A stretch of 64,000 nucleotides of DNA. It comes from a virus (taxonomy: Duplodnaviria > Caudoviricetes). Made by a program: the position numbers and the translations under genes. Location of the stretch: IMG/VR virus record IMGVR_UViG_3300031994_000044, positions 32,001 through 96,000 of that record. One strand, given 5' to 3'. The notes under the pieces are model-generated. The model did no database searches. It was given only the letters and a program-made list of their open reading frames with translations, and was not told the DNA's origin. Of the stretch, positions 47,560 through 57,448 are shown piece by piece; the first letter of the stretch is position 1; each line of letters starts with the position of its first letter.

Positions 47560-49752
47560 TTAAAATTTATTATACGCTCTTTTTGAAGCTTCAATTTGTC
47601 TTGGTTCGGCAAATGAAGAAATACGTTTTAAATATCCTATAACACGGGTTAAATAGTCGAGATTTGTACTTCCGCAATGAGGACATTTATCTAATGTATG
47701 TTTACTTATAAACCCACAATCATTACAAACAGTATTCTTAACATTAAATGTAAAATAATTACATCCATTTTTAGCCGCAACTTTCATTAAATACCGATAT
47801 TGTTCCTTAGTTAAAGACTCTTGTAGGTTTAAATGAGCTGCTGAGCCACCATCCAAATAAGCAACAAAGTTTTCGCCATGTAATTTAAGTTTATCCAAAA
47901 TACTAATTTCAGTATCTTCAGGATTATAAAAATAAGAACTATAAAGATTCCTATTAGGACTTACCCAATATCCGTCTTTTTTATCCCATTTATAATTTTT
48001 GCCTGCTAAATTTTCAGCAGGAACAAATTCGGTATTGAACATACAATCTCTTGTTCTGTCTTTACGGTTAGAAATGTTGATTGTTTCCAATATATTGTTC
48101 ACAAATTCTTGATATTCATCGTTTACATTAACTTTTATACCGAGGAATTCAGCTGCATCTGTAATACCATTTACTCCGACAGTTAGATATTGTTTTCTCA
48201 TATCAATAAAACCTGCCCTATAAACATCAAGCATATTTGCTTCAAGAAAGTCTTTAATTGTATCATTAAAAGCAGTTTGATATTTATGAACACGTTCAGT
48301 AAGTTCTCTTACCTCATTTCTAATATATTCATACAGTGTATCTTTATCATATTCAAGACCCATTTCTACAACATTTTTACCTTCATCCAATGTCATACCG
48401 TATTCGTCTTCAAAATATCTTCTTGTTGCATCTTGAACTAATCTTGGTAAATTCATGGTCATAACTGATTTTGAACCTGTTGCAACTGAGGCTGTTCCCA
48501 TAGAATATTGATGTGTAGTATGATTATGGTCAGCATCATTGTTATCTAAGTCTTTTAATGAGTTACGTAAACGGCAACAGCTACTAAGACTATCAGGGCT
48601 ATTTGAAAGATAGCAGAAGAAACTATGGCCTTCGGACCACATTTCAGCCGTAAAATCAGCATATTCCTTATCCAAGAAATCATCATTACCATCAGTAAGT
48701 AATGCCATGGTCTCAACAGGGAAAGTAAATGTATATTTCAATCTTTCTTTATTAAACCATTTCATAAATCTCTTTTGCAACCATGATAATGTTTCCCAAA
48801 TGGGTTTTGTACCATCAGGAAAGACAAAATCACCAAATACACCTTTAAAGTATGGCTCATCAAAGTAACCAACGTTCCAGAAGACGCTCTGGTAGCCGCG
48901 ATTGCCCGCTGGCATATTCATACTATGTACCACTTGCTGAAATGCATTATCAATAACATCGCCAATTGTTCTCTTTTTTCTACTCATATCAACAACTTCG
49001 TCAATTCTATTAATATAGTCATCACCGTAATCCAATCTTAAAAAATAATCCATATACATTAAAAATTCAGGCGTGGCGACTGCCCCCATAAATTGAGAAG
49101 CAATTGAATATACAAGATTAATGAATTGTCCACAGAAAGATTTTAAATCAGTAGGAGCCGTTGATTCTCCACCAAGTCCTTTTAATCCATTAACAAGGAA
49201 AGGATACATTGTTATTGCAACACAATATGGATAACCTGGCGTACCGCTTTCATCATGTTTATATAGCCTATGTGACCCTAAATCAAGTAAATACTGTTCT
49301 GCAAGTTTTTTTGAATATTTGTTTCTAATTTTATCACATAGAATATATCTATTTTGATTGATATTATTTTCTTTATACAACTCTTGACCAAGTGTCACTA
49401 TGTTTTTATTACTTACATTTGCATTTGAGTCAAATTTTGAACCTGTTGCAGCATTTTTTGCATGGATATACTCCTGAATAAAATCGTTTTTCTTTCTCAA
49501 CGGAACAGTGTCATTGTAACACCTAACATATTCCTTAGCAACTTTTTTATTAACACTCATTAATGCATCTTCCACTTGTCTCCTAATTTCACCTGTACTG
49601 ATGTTGTCATAAAGAAAAAGACTGTTGACAATACTTTCAAGCATTAAATCATCACATTCTTCATTAATTTTTTCATAAGCTTTGCAAATACTCTCCTTAA
49701 CTTTCTCTCTATCAAAATCTTCTAGAAATCCTTTGCTTTTTCTTACATTCAT
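47560..49752 (-). CDS. nrdD: anaerobic (class III) ribonucleoside-triphosphate reductase
   Basis: N-terminal ATP cone; YKHD; SSCCRL; EFVPAE; CNDC/CPHC; RVIGYL glycyl-radical loop. Confidence 0.95.
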   Translation of the reverse strand: MNVRKSKGFLEDFDREKVKESICKAYEKINEECDDLMLESIVNSLFLYDNISTGEIRRQVEDALMSVNKKVAKEYVRCYNDTVPLRKKNDFIQEYIHAKNAATGSKFDSNANVSNKNIVTLGQELYKENNINQNRYILCDKIRNKYSKKLAEQYLLDLGSHRLYKHDESGTPGYPYCVAITMYPFLVNGLKGLGGESTAPTDLKSFCGQFINLVYSIASQFMGAVATPEFLMYMDYFLRLDYGDDYINRIDEVVDMSRKKRTIGDVIDNAFQQVVHSMNMPAGNRGYQSVFWNVGYFDEPYFKGVFGDFVFPDGTKPIWETLSWLQKRFMKWFNKERLKYTFTFPVETMALLTDGNDDFLDKEYADFTAEMWSEGHSFFCYLSNSPDSLSSCCRLRNSLKDLDNNDADHNHTTHQYSMGTASVATGSKSVMTMNLPRLVQDATRRYFEDEYGMTLDEGKNVVEMGLEYDKDTLYEYIRNEVRELTERVHKYQTAFNDTIKDFLEANMLDVYRAGFIDMRKQYLTVGVNGITDAAEFLGIKVNVNDEYQEFVNNILETINISNRKDRTRDCMFNTEFVPAENLAGKNYKWDKKDGYWVSPNRNLYSSYFYNPEDTEISILDKLKLHGENFVAYLDGGSAAHLNLQESLTKEQYRYLMKVAAKNGCNYFTFNVKNTVCNDCGFISKHTLDKCPHCGSTNLDYLTRVIGYLKRISSFAEPRQIEASKRAYNKF

Positions 49753-49845
49753 GATTTAATTTTATTATTTTTTTATTATTAAAAATGATTATTTTTAATA
49801 AATAAAAGGCTCTTTCAATTTTTCTGAAAAAGCCCTTCTTTTTTT

Positions 49846-51372
49846 TTAAAAATTTTTATTTGGCTTTATTACGCCGACAAAATTACCCTCTATATTTTTC
49901 TCATTATCAGCCATTTGCTTAGGACTTTCTATTTTTGAATTTACTTCTCTGAATAATTTTGTTCGTTGTTTTTCTTGAAGGTCGGCAAGATGTTCCTCAA
50001 AGACAAGCGTATCATCATATTCCTGTACTTCATCACACGAAATTGTGCTTGTACCGTTATCGAATTTAACATTGTTAAATATTTTTCCTGACCGTCCTGA
50101 ACGGTTTTTAAGAACAGTAATGACTGCTTTGTTTTTATCTATATCACCAAGAGCTCTTGCTATTGATATTATCAATTGAGCGACATGGACTTTTTTGGCT
50201 GAACCACTTGCTTGGTCCATTCTAACAACATCGGGACTATTCATACTATCCTTAGTTCCTTGAGTTGGAATCCATATGGCACAATTAAGTTCATGCGCCA
50301 TATTTTCCAATTTTCTCATGGTTACGCCTTCACGAGTCCATTCAGTATCACTTGCATACCCGCCTTTTTCAGGTGCAAGACACTCGAAATAGTCTATTGA
50401 AATAAGGTCAGGTTTAAAGCCGCTATTAATCAGCCTTCTAACATAAATTTCTATATCACTTGCGGTTTTTGTGCCAGTTTTAAAATGCTTAAGCCTAAGA
50501 TTGTTTGTCATGGCCTCTTTGTCCTTGAAGTTATTCAACCAACCTTCTATTTCATCCCTGTCTTGAGTTGAAAGACGTTTCATGTCTCTTGCTTCTCGCT
50601 TTGTAATTCTTGAGTAATGCTTTCTTGTTACATCAACATCATCATCCTCAAAATATATCTGCAATACTTTATAACCTTGATTGTTATTCATATCACATTT
50701 AAAAGCAGAAGCATAAGCGCAAATAGCGGTAGTAAATGTTGTCTTACCAAAACCAGCGGGTGCAATGATAAGTCCTAATTTACCTTTATCCAGTCCACCA
50801 CCAAGAACATCGTCAAGAACACTAACACCTGTCGGTATTGATACTGTATAATCATTAGCCAAGGCTTTGTCCATCATTTCATAAATGTTATATCCAAAAT
50901 CATCTTCTTGGCCGACCATCATGGCATCGTCTAACATTTTTTGGCATTCTTCATACCTATCAATATCACCCTTACCTGCGATTTCAAGAATTTTATTTGC
51001 AACTTTAATTAAATTTTGCTGTTTAAAAAATCTTAAAGCAATGTCTTTTACAATTGTACATCCCTCATAACTTGTTTCAAATTTTAATTTTTTTATGAGA
51101 GCATTCCACTCATCTATGTCATTTTGGGTTTTTGCCTTTTGATTTAGCAAAAACCCAATGACTTCATAAGACGGCATTACATTTTCATTCTTATAATAAT
51201 CTTTTATTGTTCCAACAAAAGTTCTAAGTAAAGAATCTGTAAATGCATTCTGGTCAACAATTGAGGACATTTCTTCAAAGAATTTAGGCTCTTCTACAAA
51301 AATTTTTACAAGTTTGTATTGAAAATCTAAATCTAAGTAACCTAAGTTACTTTTATCCAATTGTTTACCCAT
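49846..51372 (-). CDS. dnaB: replicative helicase (DnaB/gp41-like)
   Basis: IPTG...LGGG, APAGFGKTT Walker A, IDYFE, WIPTQ, LKNR. Confidence 0.9.
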   Translation of the reverse strand: MGKQLDKSNLGYLDLDFQYKLVKIFVEEPKFFEEMSSIVDQNAFTDSLLRTFVGTIKDYYKNENVMPSYEVIGFLLNQKAKTQNDIDEWNALIKKLKFETSYEGCTIVKDIALRFFKQQNLIKVANKILEIAGKGDIDRYEECQKMLDDAMMVGQEDDFGYNIYEMMDKALANDYTVSIPTGVSVLDDVLGGGLDKGKLGLIIAPAGFGKTTFTTAICAYASAFKCDMNNNQGYKVLQIYFEDDDVDVTRKHYSRITKREARDMKRLSTQDRDEIEGWLNNFKDKEAMTNNLRLKHFKTGTKTASDIEIYVRRLINSGFKPDLISIDYFECLAPEKGGYASDTEWTREGVTMRKLENMAHELNCAIWIPTQGTKDSMNSPDVVRMDQASGSAKKVHVAQLIISIARALGDIDKNKAVITVLKNRSGRSGKIFNNVKFDNGTSTISCDEVQEYDDTLVFEEHLADLQEKQRTKLFREVNSKIESPKQMADNEKNIEGNFVGVIKPNKNF

Positions 51373-51384
51373 TAATTTGTTTTT

Positions 51385-52140
51385 TTAAATTATTCTATAA
51401 GATAACCTTTGTGAATCGTTATTCCATTCGGTAATAATGTCATCAGTATTGGTTATGTAGTCTTTGCTATCGGAATAACTGCAAGCATAACAAATTTGCT
51501 TGATTAAACCATAAACAAGGTCGCTTTTGCCCTTTACCATCATGTAAAGAAGGTATTGCTCAAAGGACAAATGTTCAGTATCACCTGAAAACTTACCTCT
51601 CTTGTTCGATAAATCAATCTTGTCTCTCACAAATTTAGGATAGCAACCATCCCATGTTATTACGCAAACCTCACGGCCATCAACCTTGAACGCAAATTTA
51701 TAATTAGATTGATTAACTTCAGGTTTGAATTGAGAAAATTCACCTTCGTCAAACTTGTCTTCGAGTGCTCTAACTGTTTTGTCAGGACAAAGGACAAAAT
51801 CAGTATTAGGATTATTTCTAACGATAAGACCCTCACCAATGGTCATATCTTTGAAATTTTCGTCCTTGGATACATATTCCTCCATTTCTTGTTGAGTTTC
51901 GAAAATTCTTGGGGCATATATTGACAGATAAACTTGACTCTTATCTTTCAAGTCCTGGTCAATAATTGCAGCACATTTTCTAATTGCACTTGTCAAATCA
52001 TAGGAGCGCAATGAAACGGGATTAAAATTGTTAATTTTAAAATAGCGTTGGCAAATAATATTGCCGTCAGTTGTAAAAACGAACTCAAATCTTTCTTTAT
52101 AATCTCTTTGAGTCTCAAATGGTTTTTTATTTTCCACCAT
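51385..52140 (-). CDS. hypothetical protein
   Basis: 251 aa ORF between the exonuclease and helicase genes. Confidence 0.7.
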   Translation of the reverse strand: MVENKKPFETQRDYKERFEFVFTTDGNIICQRYFKINNFNPVSLRSYDLTSAIRKCAAIIDQDLKDKSQVYLSIYAPRIFETQQEMEEYVSKDENFKDMTIGEGLIVRNNPNTDFVLCPDKTVRALEDKFDEGEFSQFKPEVNQSNYKFAFKVDGREVCVITWDGCYPKFVRDKIDLSNKRGKFSGDTEHLSFEQYLLYMMVKGKSDLVYGLIKQICYACSYSDSKDYITNTDDIITEWNNDSQRLSYRII

Positions 52141-52208
52141 AATTAAAAAATTTAAAAATTAAACATTGTTTTTAAAAAGTATTTACTGTTTTTCTTAATA
52201 TACAAAAA

Positions 52209-53441
52209 TTATTTAGAATCTTCTAAAAATTTCTTTTTTTCTTTGTCTGCAAGTCTTTTAAAAGGTATAAAAAAGTTTGAGAATGAATTCATGGGCATTA
52301 AATCTTCAATCCCATCACGCTTAATCATTTCATATAAATTTTCAAAAGAACGTCCTTCTGGGTCCATTGGGGCATACATCATGGATTCAATATCCTCTTC
52401 AGCCCTTTTCGTGAGTAATGGATGTTTTAAATCTATTATTTTTTCGTTTATTTCATAAAAATCACCATCATATTCCTTATTGGATACACCATTTACTATA
52501 TTTTCGTGCCATTGTAATGGTTTTTTCTTCTGTTCAATGCGTTCATTAATCAATTTTTGTGCTTTTTCTTTAACTTCGGCAATTGTAATTGGTCTTTCCG
52601 TCATTTCAGGCATTAATTCCATTAGCCTTGTTTCAGAAAGCCCCTTTATATTGCCTATATTATCAGATGTATCACCACATAATATTTTCTTTATAAGAAC
52701 ATTTTCTACAGGATAACCTTTTATTTGTTTAAAATTCTTAATCGACAGGTATTTTTTTATTCTTCGGTCATAAACAGAGACTGTGGGTGATATTAATTGT
52801 GTTAAATCTTGGTCGCTGCTTAAAATCACAATCCTTTCCTCAGGTTTTTTATGTAATATATAATAAGCAATAAAATCATCACCCTCTGTTTTGTCATTAA
52901 AAAGTACTCTTATGAATAATTCTTCACAATATTGCATTATGATATTTCTAACACGCTCAAAATTCTCATCTTCAGCCTCTTTTTGCTTTTTTCTTTCTTC
53001 TTTTTTTGTTTTTTCCTCTTCTGAAAGTGATTCTTCCTTTTTTTTCTTTTTATTTTTATTATAAATTGCTTTTTCCATGCATTTTATTGTCTGATTTAAC
53101 CTTTTCCAATAATCACTTTCCTCATTTTCTTCAATTATATGTTTTGCATAGTTCTTATCTCTATTTGCCTTGTATTCATTATAAAGATTATATCTTAAAA
53201 TACCTGAATCACTTGAATCAAAGGTGACGTATATGTAATCATAATCATAATCTTTCATCATGAGTTTGATTTGAAGAAAAAATTGAAAAATAGGACCATA
53301 TAATTCTCCATCAGAATTGATTTTGTCATCAGCAAAGCATTGTTTCAATAAACTATTTCCGTCTATTAATAATGTATAGAACGGTTTTGCCGATAAATCA
53401 GGGTGTATTTCTTTTATGTTTTGTCTTACAGGCTGTGCCAT
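52209..53441 (-). CDS. 5'-3' exonuclease / flap endonuclease (T4 RNase H-like)
   Basis: LLIDGNSL, YKANR, EGDDFIA, SSDQDLTQL, GDTSDNI; start placed at ATG 53441. Confidence 0.9.
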   Translation of the reverse strand: MAQPVRQNIKEIHPDLSAKPFYTLLIDGNSLLKQCFADDKINSDGELYGPIFQFFLQIKLMMKDYDYDYIYVTFDSSDSGILRYNLYNEYKANRDKNYAKHIIEENEESDYWKRLNQTIKCMEKAIYNKNKKKKKEESLSEEEKTKKEERKKQKEAEDENFERVRNIIMQYCEELFIRVLFNDKTEGDDFIAYYILHKKPEERIVILSSDQDLTQLISPTVSVYDRRIKKYLSIKNFKQIKGYPVENVLIKKILCGDTSDNIGNIKGLSETRLMELMPEMTERPITIAEVKEKAQKLINERIEQKKKPLQWHENIVNGVSNKEYDGDFYEINEKIIDLKHPLLTKRAEEDIESMMYAPMDPEGRSFENLYEMIKRDGIEDLMPMNSFSNFFIPFKRLADKEKKKFLEDSK

Positions 53442-53462
53442 TATTTTTATTTCTTTGACTAA

Positions 53463-53491
53463 AATATACAAAATCTACCCCAAAAAATCAA
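53463..53491 (-). promoter_or_regulatory. putative early/middle promoter TTGATT-N17-TATATT
   Basis: same architecture upstream of the exonuclease gene. Confidence 0.55.
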
Positions 53492-54279
53492 GGGCAAATA
53501 TTGTTCCATTTCTTCAAAATTTCTGTAATAATCGGGTTTCTAACAATATCTTCTTCGGTAAATTCAAGAAAGCCAATGTCTTCGATGTCTTTTAATTTTT
53601 CAAAAGCATAGTCAAGGCCACATTTTTCTCCTGATTTCTTTATATCTTTTCTGTCAATTTGCATGTTATCGCCTAAAAATATCATTTTACTGTTTCTACC
53701 AATTCTTGTTAGTATCAAAAGTATTTCCTGTTTGTTGAAATTTTCAGATTCATCTATTATTATGATACTGTCATCAAATGTTTTTCCTCTTAAAAACGAA
53801 GCAGCCTCTTCCACTATAATATCATTTTTCAATAAATCAGTTAGAATATCTTTACTGTTAAAATTTCCACTGTCTTCAAAGATTTTTTCTATGGTAAATT
53901 CAATGGCATCAAAGAATGGATGGATTTTTTCTTGCAAATCTCCTGGTAAGAAACCAATTTGCATTGAAGAAGACTCAACATTAGGACAACAAATTATAAT
54001 CCTCTTATATGGGCCATTTTTTAAAAGGTCAAGAGATGTATTTGCTGCTATGTACGATTTTCCTGTTCCTGCTGAACCTTGGCAAAACACAATTTGTTTA
54101 TCTTTTATTAAATTGTGTAATTCTTTTTGTTTCTGATTTTTACATTTTAATTTTAATTTAAAATCCAATAACTTTGAATTATTTAATAAACTTTCTTCTT
54201 TTTTTGGGTTCATTTTACTGTTAACAAATGCAAGCTCATCTTCATCCAATGATTCAACAAGTCTTTTCTTTTTAGCCAT
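53488..54279 (-). CDS. phoH: PhoH-family ATPase
   Basis: GSAGTGKS, GFLPGDLQEK, LRGKTF, IDESEN, LTRIG, GD..QID, DIVRNP. Confidence 0.92.
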   Translation of the reverse strand: MAKKKRLVESLDEDELAFVNSKMNPKKEESLLNNSKLLDFKLKLKCKNQKQKELHNLIKDKQIVFCQGSAGTGKSYIAANTSLDLLKNGPYKRIIICCPNVESSSMQIGFLPGDLQEKIHPFFDAIEFTIEKIFEDSGNFNSKDILTDLLKNDIIVEEAASFLRGKTFDDSIIIIDESENFNKQEILLILTRIGRNSKMIFLGDNMQIDRKDIKKSGEKCGLDYAFEKLKDIEDIGFLEFTEEDIVRNPIITEILKKWNNICP

Positions 54280-54302
54280 AAAAATGTTTTTTTTTTATTA
54301 TT

Positions 54303-54333
54303 AAAAAAGCACTACTATTCCTAGCAGTGCTTT
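54303..54333 (-). terminator. terminator-like hairpin upstream of phoH
   Basis: AAAGCACTGCTA...TAGTAGTGCTTTTTT on the minus strand. Confidence 0.7.
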
Positions 54334-54390
54334 GTATTATTCATTATATGAAAAATAAGAAAATCATTTTAAACTTTCGTCTTTATTAAC

Positions 54391-54398
54391 ATAAATAG
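54391..54398 (-). promoter_or_regulatory. putative late promoter CTATTTAT
   Basis: conserved 8-mer in the recA-phoH intergenic region. Confidence 0.5.
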
Positions 54399-54428
54399 TT
54401 GGTTGTTCTAAAAATTTCCGGATTTTTG

Positions 54429-55649
54429 TTAATATTCAACATCTTCTTCTGTTTCTTTGTAATCAATGTCTTCTTGTGTTAAATTATCATTTTGACCATT
54501 TTCTTTTGCCATCTTATTTAATTTTTCCAAAATAAAAGGTATCCTTTTTTTCTTATATTCATCAATATCTTCTTTTTCGGTTCCTATAATTCCAATATCT
54601 GTACAAATAAATTCACCTTGATATGTCAAATTATATGGTGATGGCAATTGATTTTTTAATACTTTGATTTTGGTTTGTATTCCGTAATTATAATCAAGAC
54701 CTTTTGAAGTTGCTGTTAACCTTTTTATACCAGCTTTTAATTGGCCGCCTAAAAGTATCACAAGTCTTGAACGGTATGTTATTGATTTACCACCTTTTAA
54801 CTCTAAACTAGGTGGGCCAACAGGATTTGTTGTTGAATCAAGCCACACTTTATTAATCACAATCATGGTATTGGTATACTTTGAGGATATTTTTCTTGAT
54901 GATGGTATTGAATTATCCATAATATCTTGAAAAGCAGCAGAAATTGTGCCAGCGTCAAACATATTATTACCTACTTTACTGTTATAAGATTTTAAACCAC
55001 CAATACTACCAACCGAATCCCATAAAAAAACAAGACCTTGTTGTATTTCGTCATTTGCTTGGTATTCAAGAAATTCGTTTATTGAATAAACCATATCCTC
55101 TATAACTGCTTTTGTCCTTTTTTTAGAACCGCGTTTTCCTGTTGAATAGTCTATGTCTCCATATCTATTAACTAAAATTGAATTATTAAAATAAAAGAAT
55201 GGGCCTGTATACTCAATGATTCTATTTTCTTTTACGATTGAAACATCACCCGTTTCAGGGTCTATAACTTCAACATTAACATCGCCATAAACAGGTGTTG
55301 CATCCATTCCCATATCTATAGCATATTTAAAATCAAAATTGTTTTCAGTATCATATATAACAGGTATCAAACCCTGTCTTTGTGCTGCTATGATTGCATG
55401 ATTAATCAAAGTACTTTTGCCAGTCGAGGGCCACCCTACACAGCAGGACACATATCCTTGGGGCCATCCTGGAAGCTTTAAAGCATCTTGAAATGCCTTT
55501 GGCATAATTAACCATTCCAATGGTTTATCTGCATTACTACTTCCTTGAACTTCGCCTTTTTCAAGCGAAACACTTAATCCCATTTTTTCTTTTAAATCAG
55601 AAATGGCGTTTTTCTTTTTTATAGGAGATTTTTTTTGTGGCTGTGCCAT
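54429..55649 (-). CDS. RecA/UvsX-like recombinase
   Basis: GWPSTGKST Walker A, DTENNF, WDSVGS, KGGKS, VLKNQ. Confidence 0.85.
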   Translation of the reverse strand: MAQPQKKSPIKKKNAISDLKEKMGLSVSLEKGEVQGSSNADKPLEWLIMPKAFQDALKLPGWPQGYVSCCVGWPSTGKSTLINHAIIAAQRQGLIPVIYDTENNFDFKYAIDMGMDATPVYGDVNVEVIDPETGDVSIVKENRIIEYTGPFFYFNNSILVNRYGDIDYSTGKRGSKKRTKAVIEDMVYSINEFLEYQANDEIQQGLVFLWDSVGSIGGLKSYNSKVGNNMFDAGTISAAFQDIMDNSIPSSRKISSKYTNTMIVINKVWLDSTTNPVGPPSLELKGGKSITYRSRLVILLGGQLKAGIKRLTATSKGLDYNYGIQTKIKVLKNQLPSPYNLTYQGEFICTDIGIIGTEKEDIDEYKKKRIPFILEKLNKMAKENGQNDNLTQEDIDYKETEEDVEY

Positions 55650-55682
55650 AATATCAAATTTTAATTTAAATTATTTTATTTA

Positions 55683-56309
55683 TCACTTATTACTTTCATA
55701 CAAAGGATTGTTTGTCTTTTCAAAATAGCATTTTCTGCATAAAGACACATATCTGTCATCGCCGCCAATTTCAATCTGTTCTCCATCGGTGACGATTTCG
55801 CCATCCTTATTTATTCTTGCGTTGAAAATTGTTTTACTGTTACAATAGCAACTTGATTTAATTTCTTCAAAACTATCAGCAATTTCAAACAATCTTTTTG
55901 AACCAGGAAACAATTGAGTTTTAAAATCAGTTCTTAAACCATAACATATAATATTAATACCGAAATTATCAGCAATTGCTCCTAATTCATCAACTTGTTT
56001 CTCAGTCAAAAATTGACATTCATCAATTAATATCCATTTAAGACCTTTTGCGCCATAAAACAAATCAGCATTAAGATATTTAGAAATCATTTCAAAGATA
56101 TTATCTTCTGTAGAAATGCCAATACATTCAATGTCACCTATTGCACGTGAATGTATTATCTCTTCGCCATCTCTATTGTCTATTTTGCTTTTAAGAACAA
56201 TAAAAGGTATTGAATGTGTTTTGAAATTATGTGCTGTAGCAATAAGGTGTAAACTTTTGCCTGAGGCCATTGTTCCAAATTTGAACAAAATCTTTCCGTG
56301 ACAACACAT
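55683..56309 (-). CDS. tdk: thymidine kinase
   Basis: GTMASGKS, ILIDECQFL, YGLRTDF, FPGS, YVSLCRKC. Confidence 0.95.
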   Translation of the reverse strand: MCCHGKILFKFGTMASGKSLHLIATAHNFKTHSIPFIVLKSKIDNRDGEEIIHSRAIGDIECIGISTEDNIFEMISKYLNADLFYGAKGLKWILIDECQFLTEKQVDELGAIADNFGINIICYGLRTDFKTQLFPGSKRLFEIADSFEEIKSSCYCNSKTIFNARINKDGEIVTDGEQIEIGGDDRYVSLCRKCYFEKTNNPLYESNK

Positions 56310-56312
56310 ATA

Positions 56313-57302
56313 TTAATAAGGTAAATCGTCGTCGTTAATTTCCAAAGAACTAACAATTGACTTATTATTAGATTTTTCCAGTTCCTTAACTTGGTTTTCG
56401 GCATTTTTGATTTCATCATTAATGTCTTTGGTATTTGTACCATGTTCAGCCTCATATTCTTCCTTGTCAACCCAAACACCCTTTGATTTATCAAACCATG
56501 GAATTCTCATTTGTGCAACGAGATTAAGATATTCGTATGGTTTGCAGGTAAATACGTCTTGCCATTTTTTTTCGTCAAATATCCATTTCTTCATTTGTTC
56601 CTCATCTTCTGACAATGGGCTTCTATCACCGTCATCAATAATACTTGGTGCTGATTTTTCTGCTGAAGTAATTGTTACATTTAAATCACGGCCAGTGTAA
56701 ATATCAAGAATGTTATTTTCTTTATTTTTCTTTTTGGCTTCTTCGTCTCTTAATTTAGCCAAATTCATAATTTGATTGTATGGGTCAGTTTTGTCTTTGG
56801 CTCTAATATTAAATTTCCAAAACTTAACGCCATCAGCTTCTTTTCCACGCTCAATGCATCTGACAATAACACCCTCTTGGCTCTTAAATGCAAGGGAAGC
56901 ATCTTGTAATGCCTTCTTTTTAATCGGGTCAGTTTCTTTTGTTGATTCCAAATAAGCAGTGTAGTTCATTTCGCAAAATGGACATCTTGTACCATATTTT
57001 TCATGGTCAATTCCTTCTGTTTTATTTAGACAAATGTAGGATTTGTATGGCTTTTCGCCTGGTTTTACCATTTCTTGAGGCACTTTCACATTATGAATAT
57101 GGATTTTGGCAAAGGGATTGCCTGTCTTTAAATCCATTGGTAATAACCTTATGGTAAGTGTTTTTTGGTCTTCTCCGTCAGAGAGCCTTACATTTAAATA
57201 GTTTTTAACATCAAAACCTTCTTTTTTGGCTTTTTGTTCTTCTGTTTTTTCGTTTACGATTGAATCTAAACTAATGTTTGGTAATTCGATTAAGTTACCC
57301 AT
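56313..57302 (-). CDS. single-stranded DNA-binding protein (gp32-like)
   Basis: IRLLP, CPFCE, GVKFWKF, TGRDL, acidic DDDLPY tail. Confidence 0.75.
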   Translation of the reverse strand: MGNLIELPNISLDSIVNEKTEEQKAKKEGFDVKNYLNVRLSDGEDQKTLTIRLLPMDLKTGNPFAKIHIHNVKVPQEMVKPGEKPYKSYICLNKTEGIDHEKYGTRCPFCEMNYTAYLESTKETDPIKKKALQDASLAFKSQEGVIVRCIERGKEADGVKFWKFNIRAKDKTDPYNQIMNLAKLRDEEAKKKNKENNILDIYTGRDLNVTITSAEKSAPSIIDDGDRSPLSEDEEQMKKWIFDEKKWQDVFTCKPYEYLNLVAQMRIPWFDKSKGVWVDKEEYEAEHGTNTKDINDEIKNAENQVKELEKSNNKSIVSSLEINDDDLPY

Positions 57303-57384
57303 AAATTAAAAATTTTTTCATAAAATTATTATTAAAATTATTATTTGCCCATAAAAGCAAAAAATATATAAAATTCTTTCTATA

Positions 57385-57412
57385 AATATACAAAAAATAT
57401 AACAAAAGTCAA
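57385..57412 (-). promoter_or_regulatory. putative early/middle promoter TTGACT-N16-TATATT
   Basis: upstream of the ssb-tdk-recA run. Confidence 0.6.
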
Positions 57413-57448
57413 AAAAATTGGGCCATTAAATAGCCTTAATAGCCCAAT
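57411..57448 (-). terminator. intrinsic terminator
   Basis: AATTGGGCCATTAA...TTAATAGCCCAATT with T tract on the minus strand. Confidence 0.7.

Noticed and set aside
47560-55649. Inteins or introns in nrdD, dnaB or the recA-like gene
   Set aside because: Lengths are normal and no splice-junction or homing-endonuclease motifs are visible
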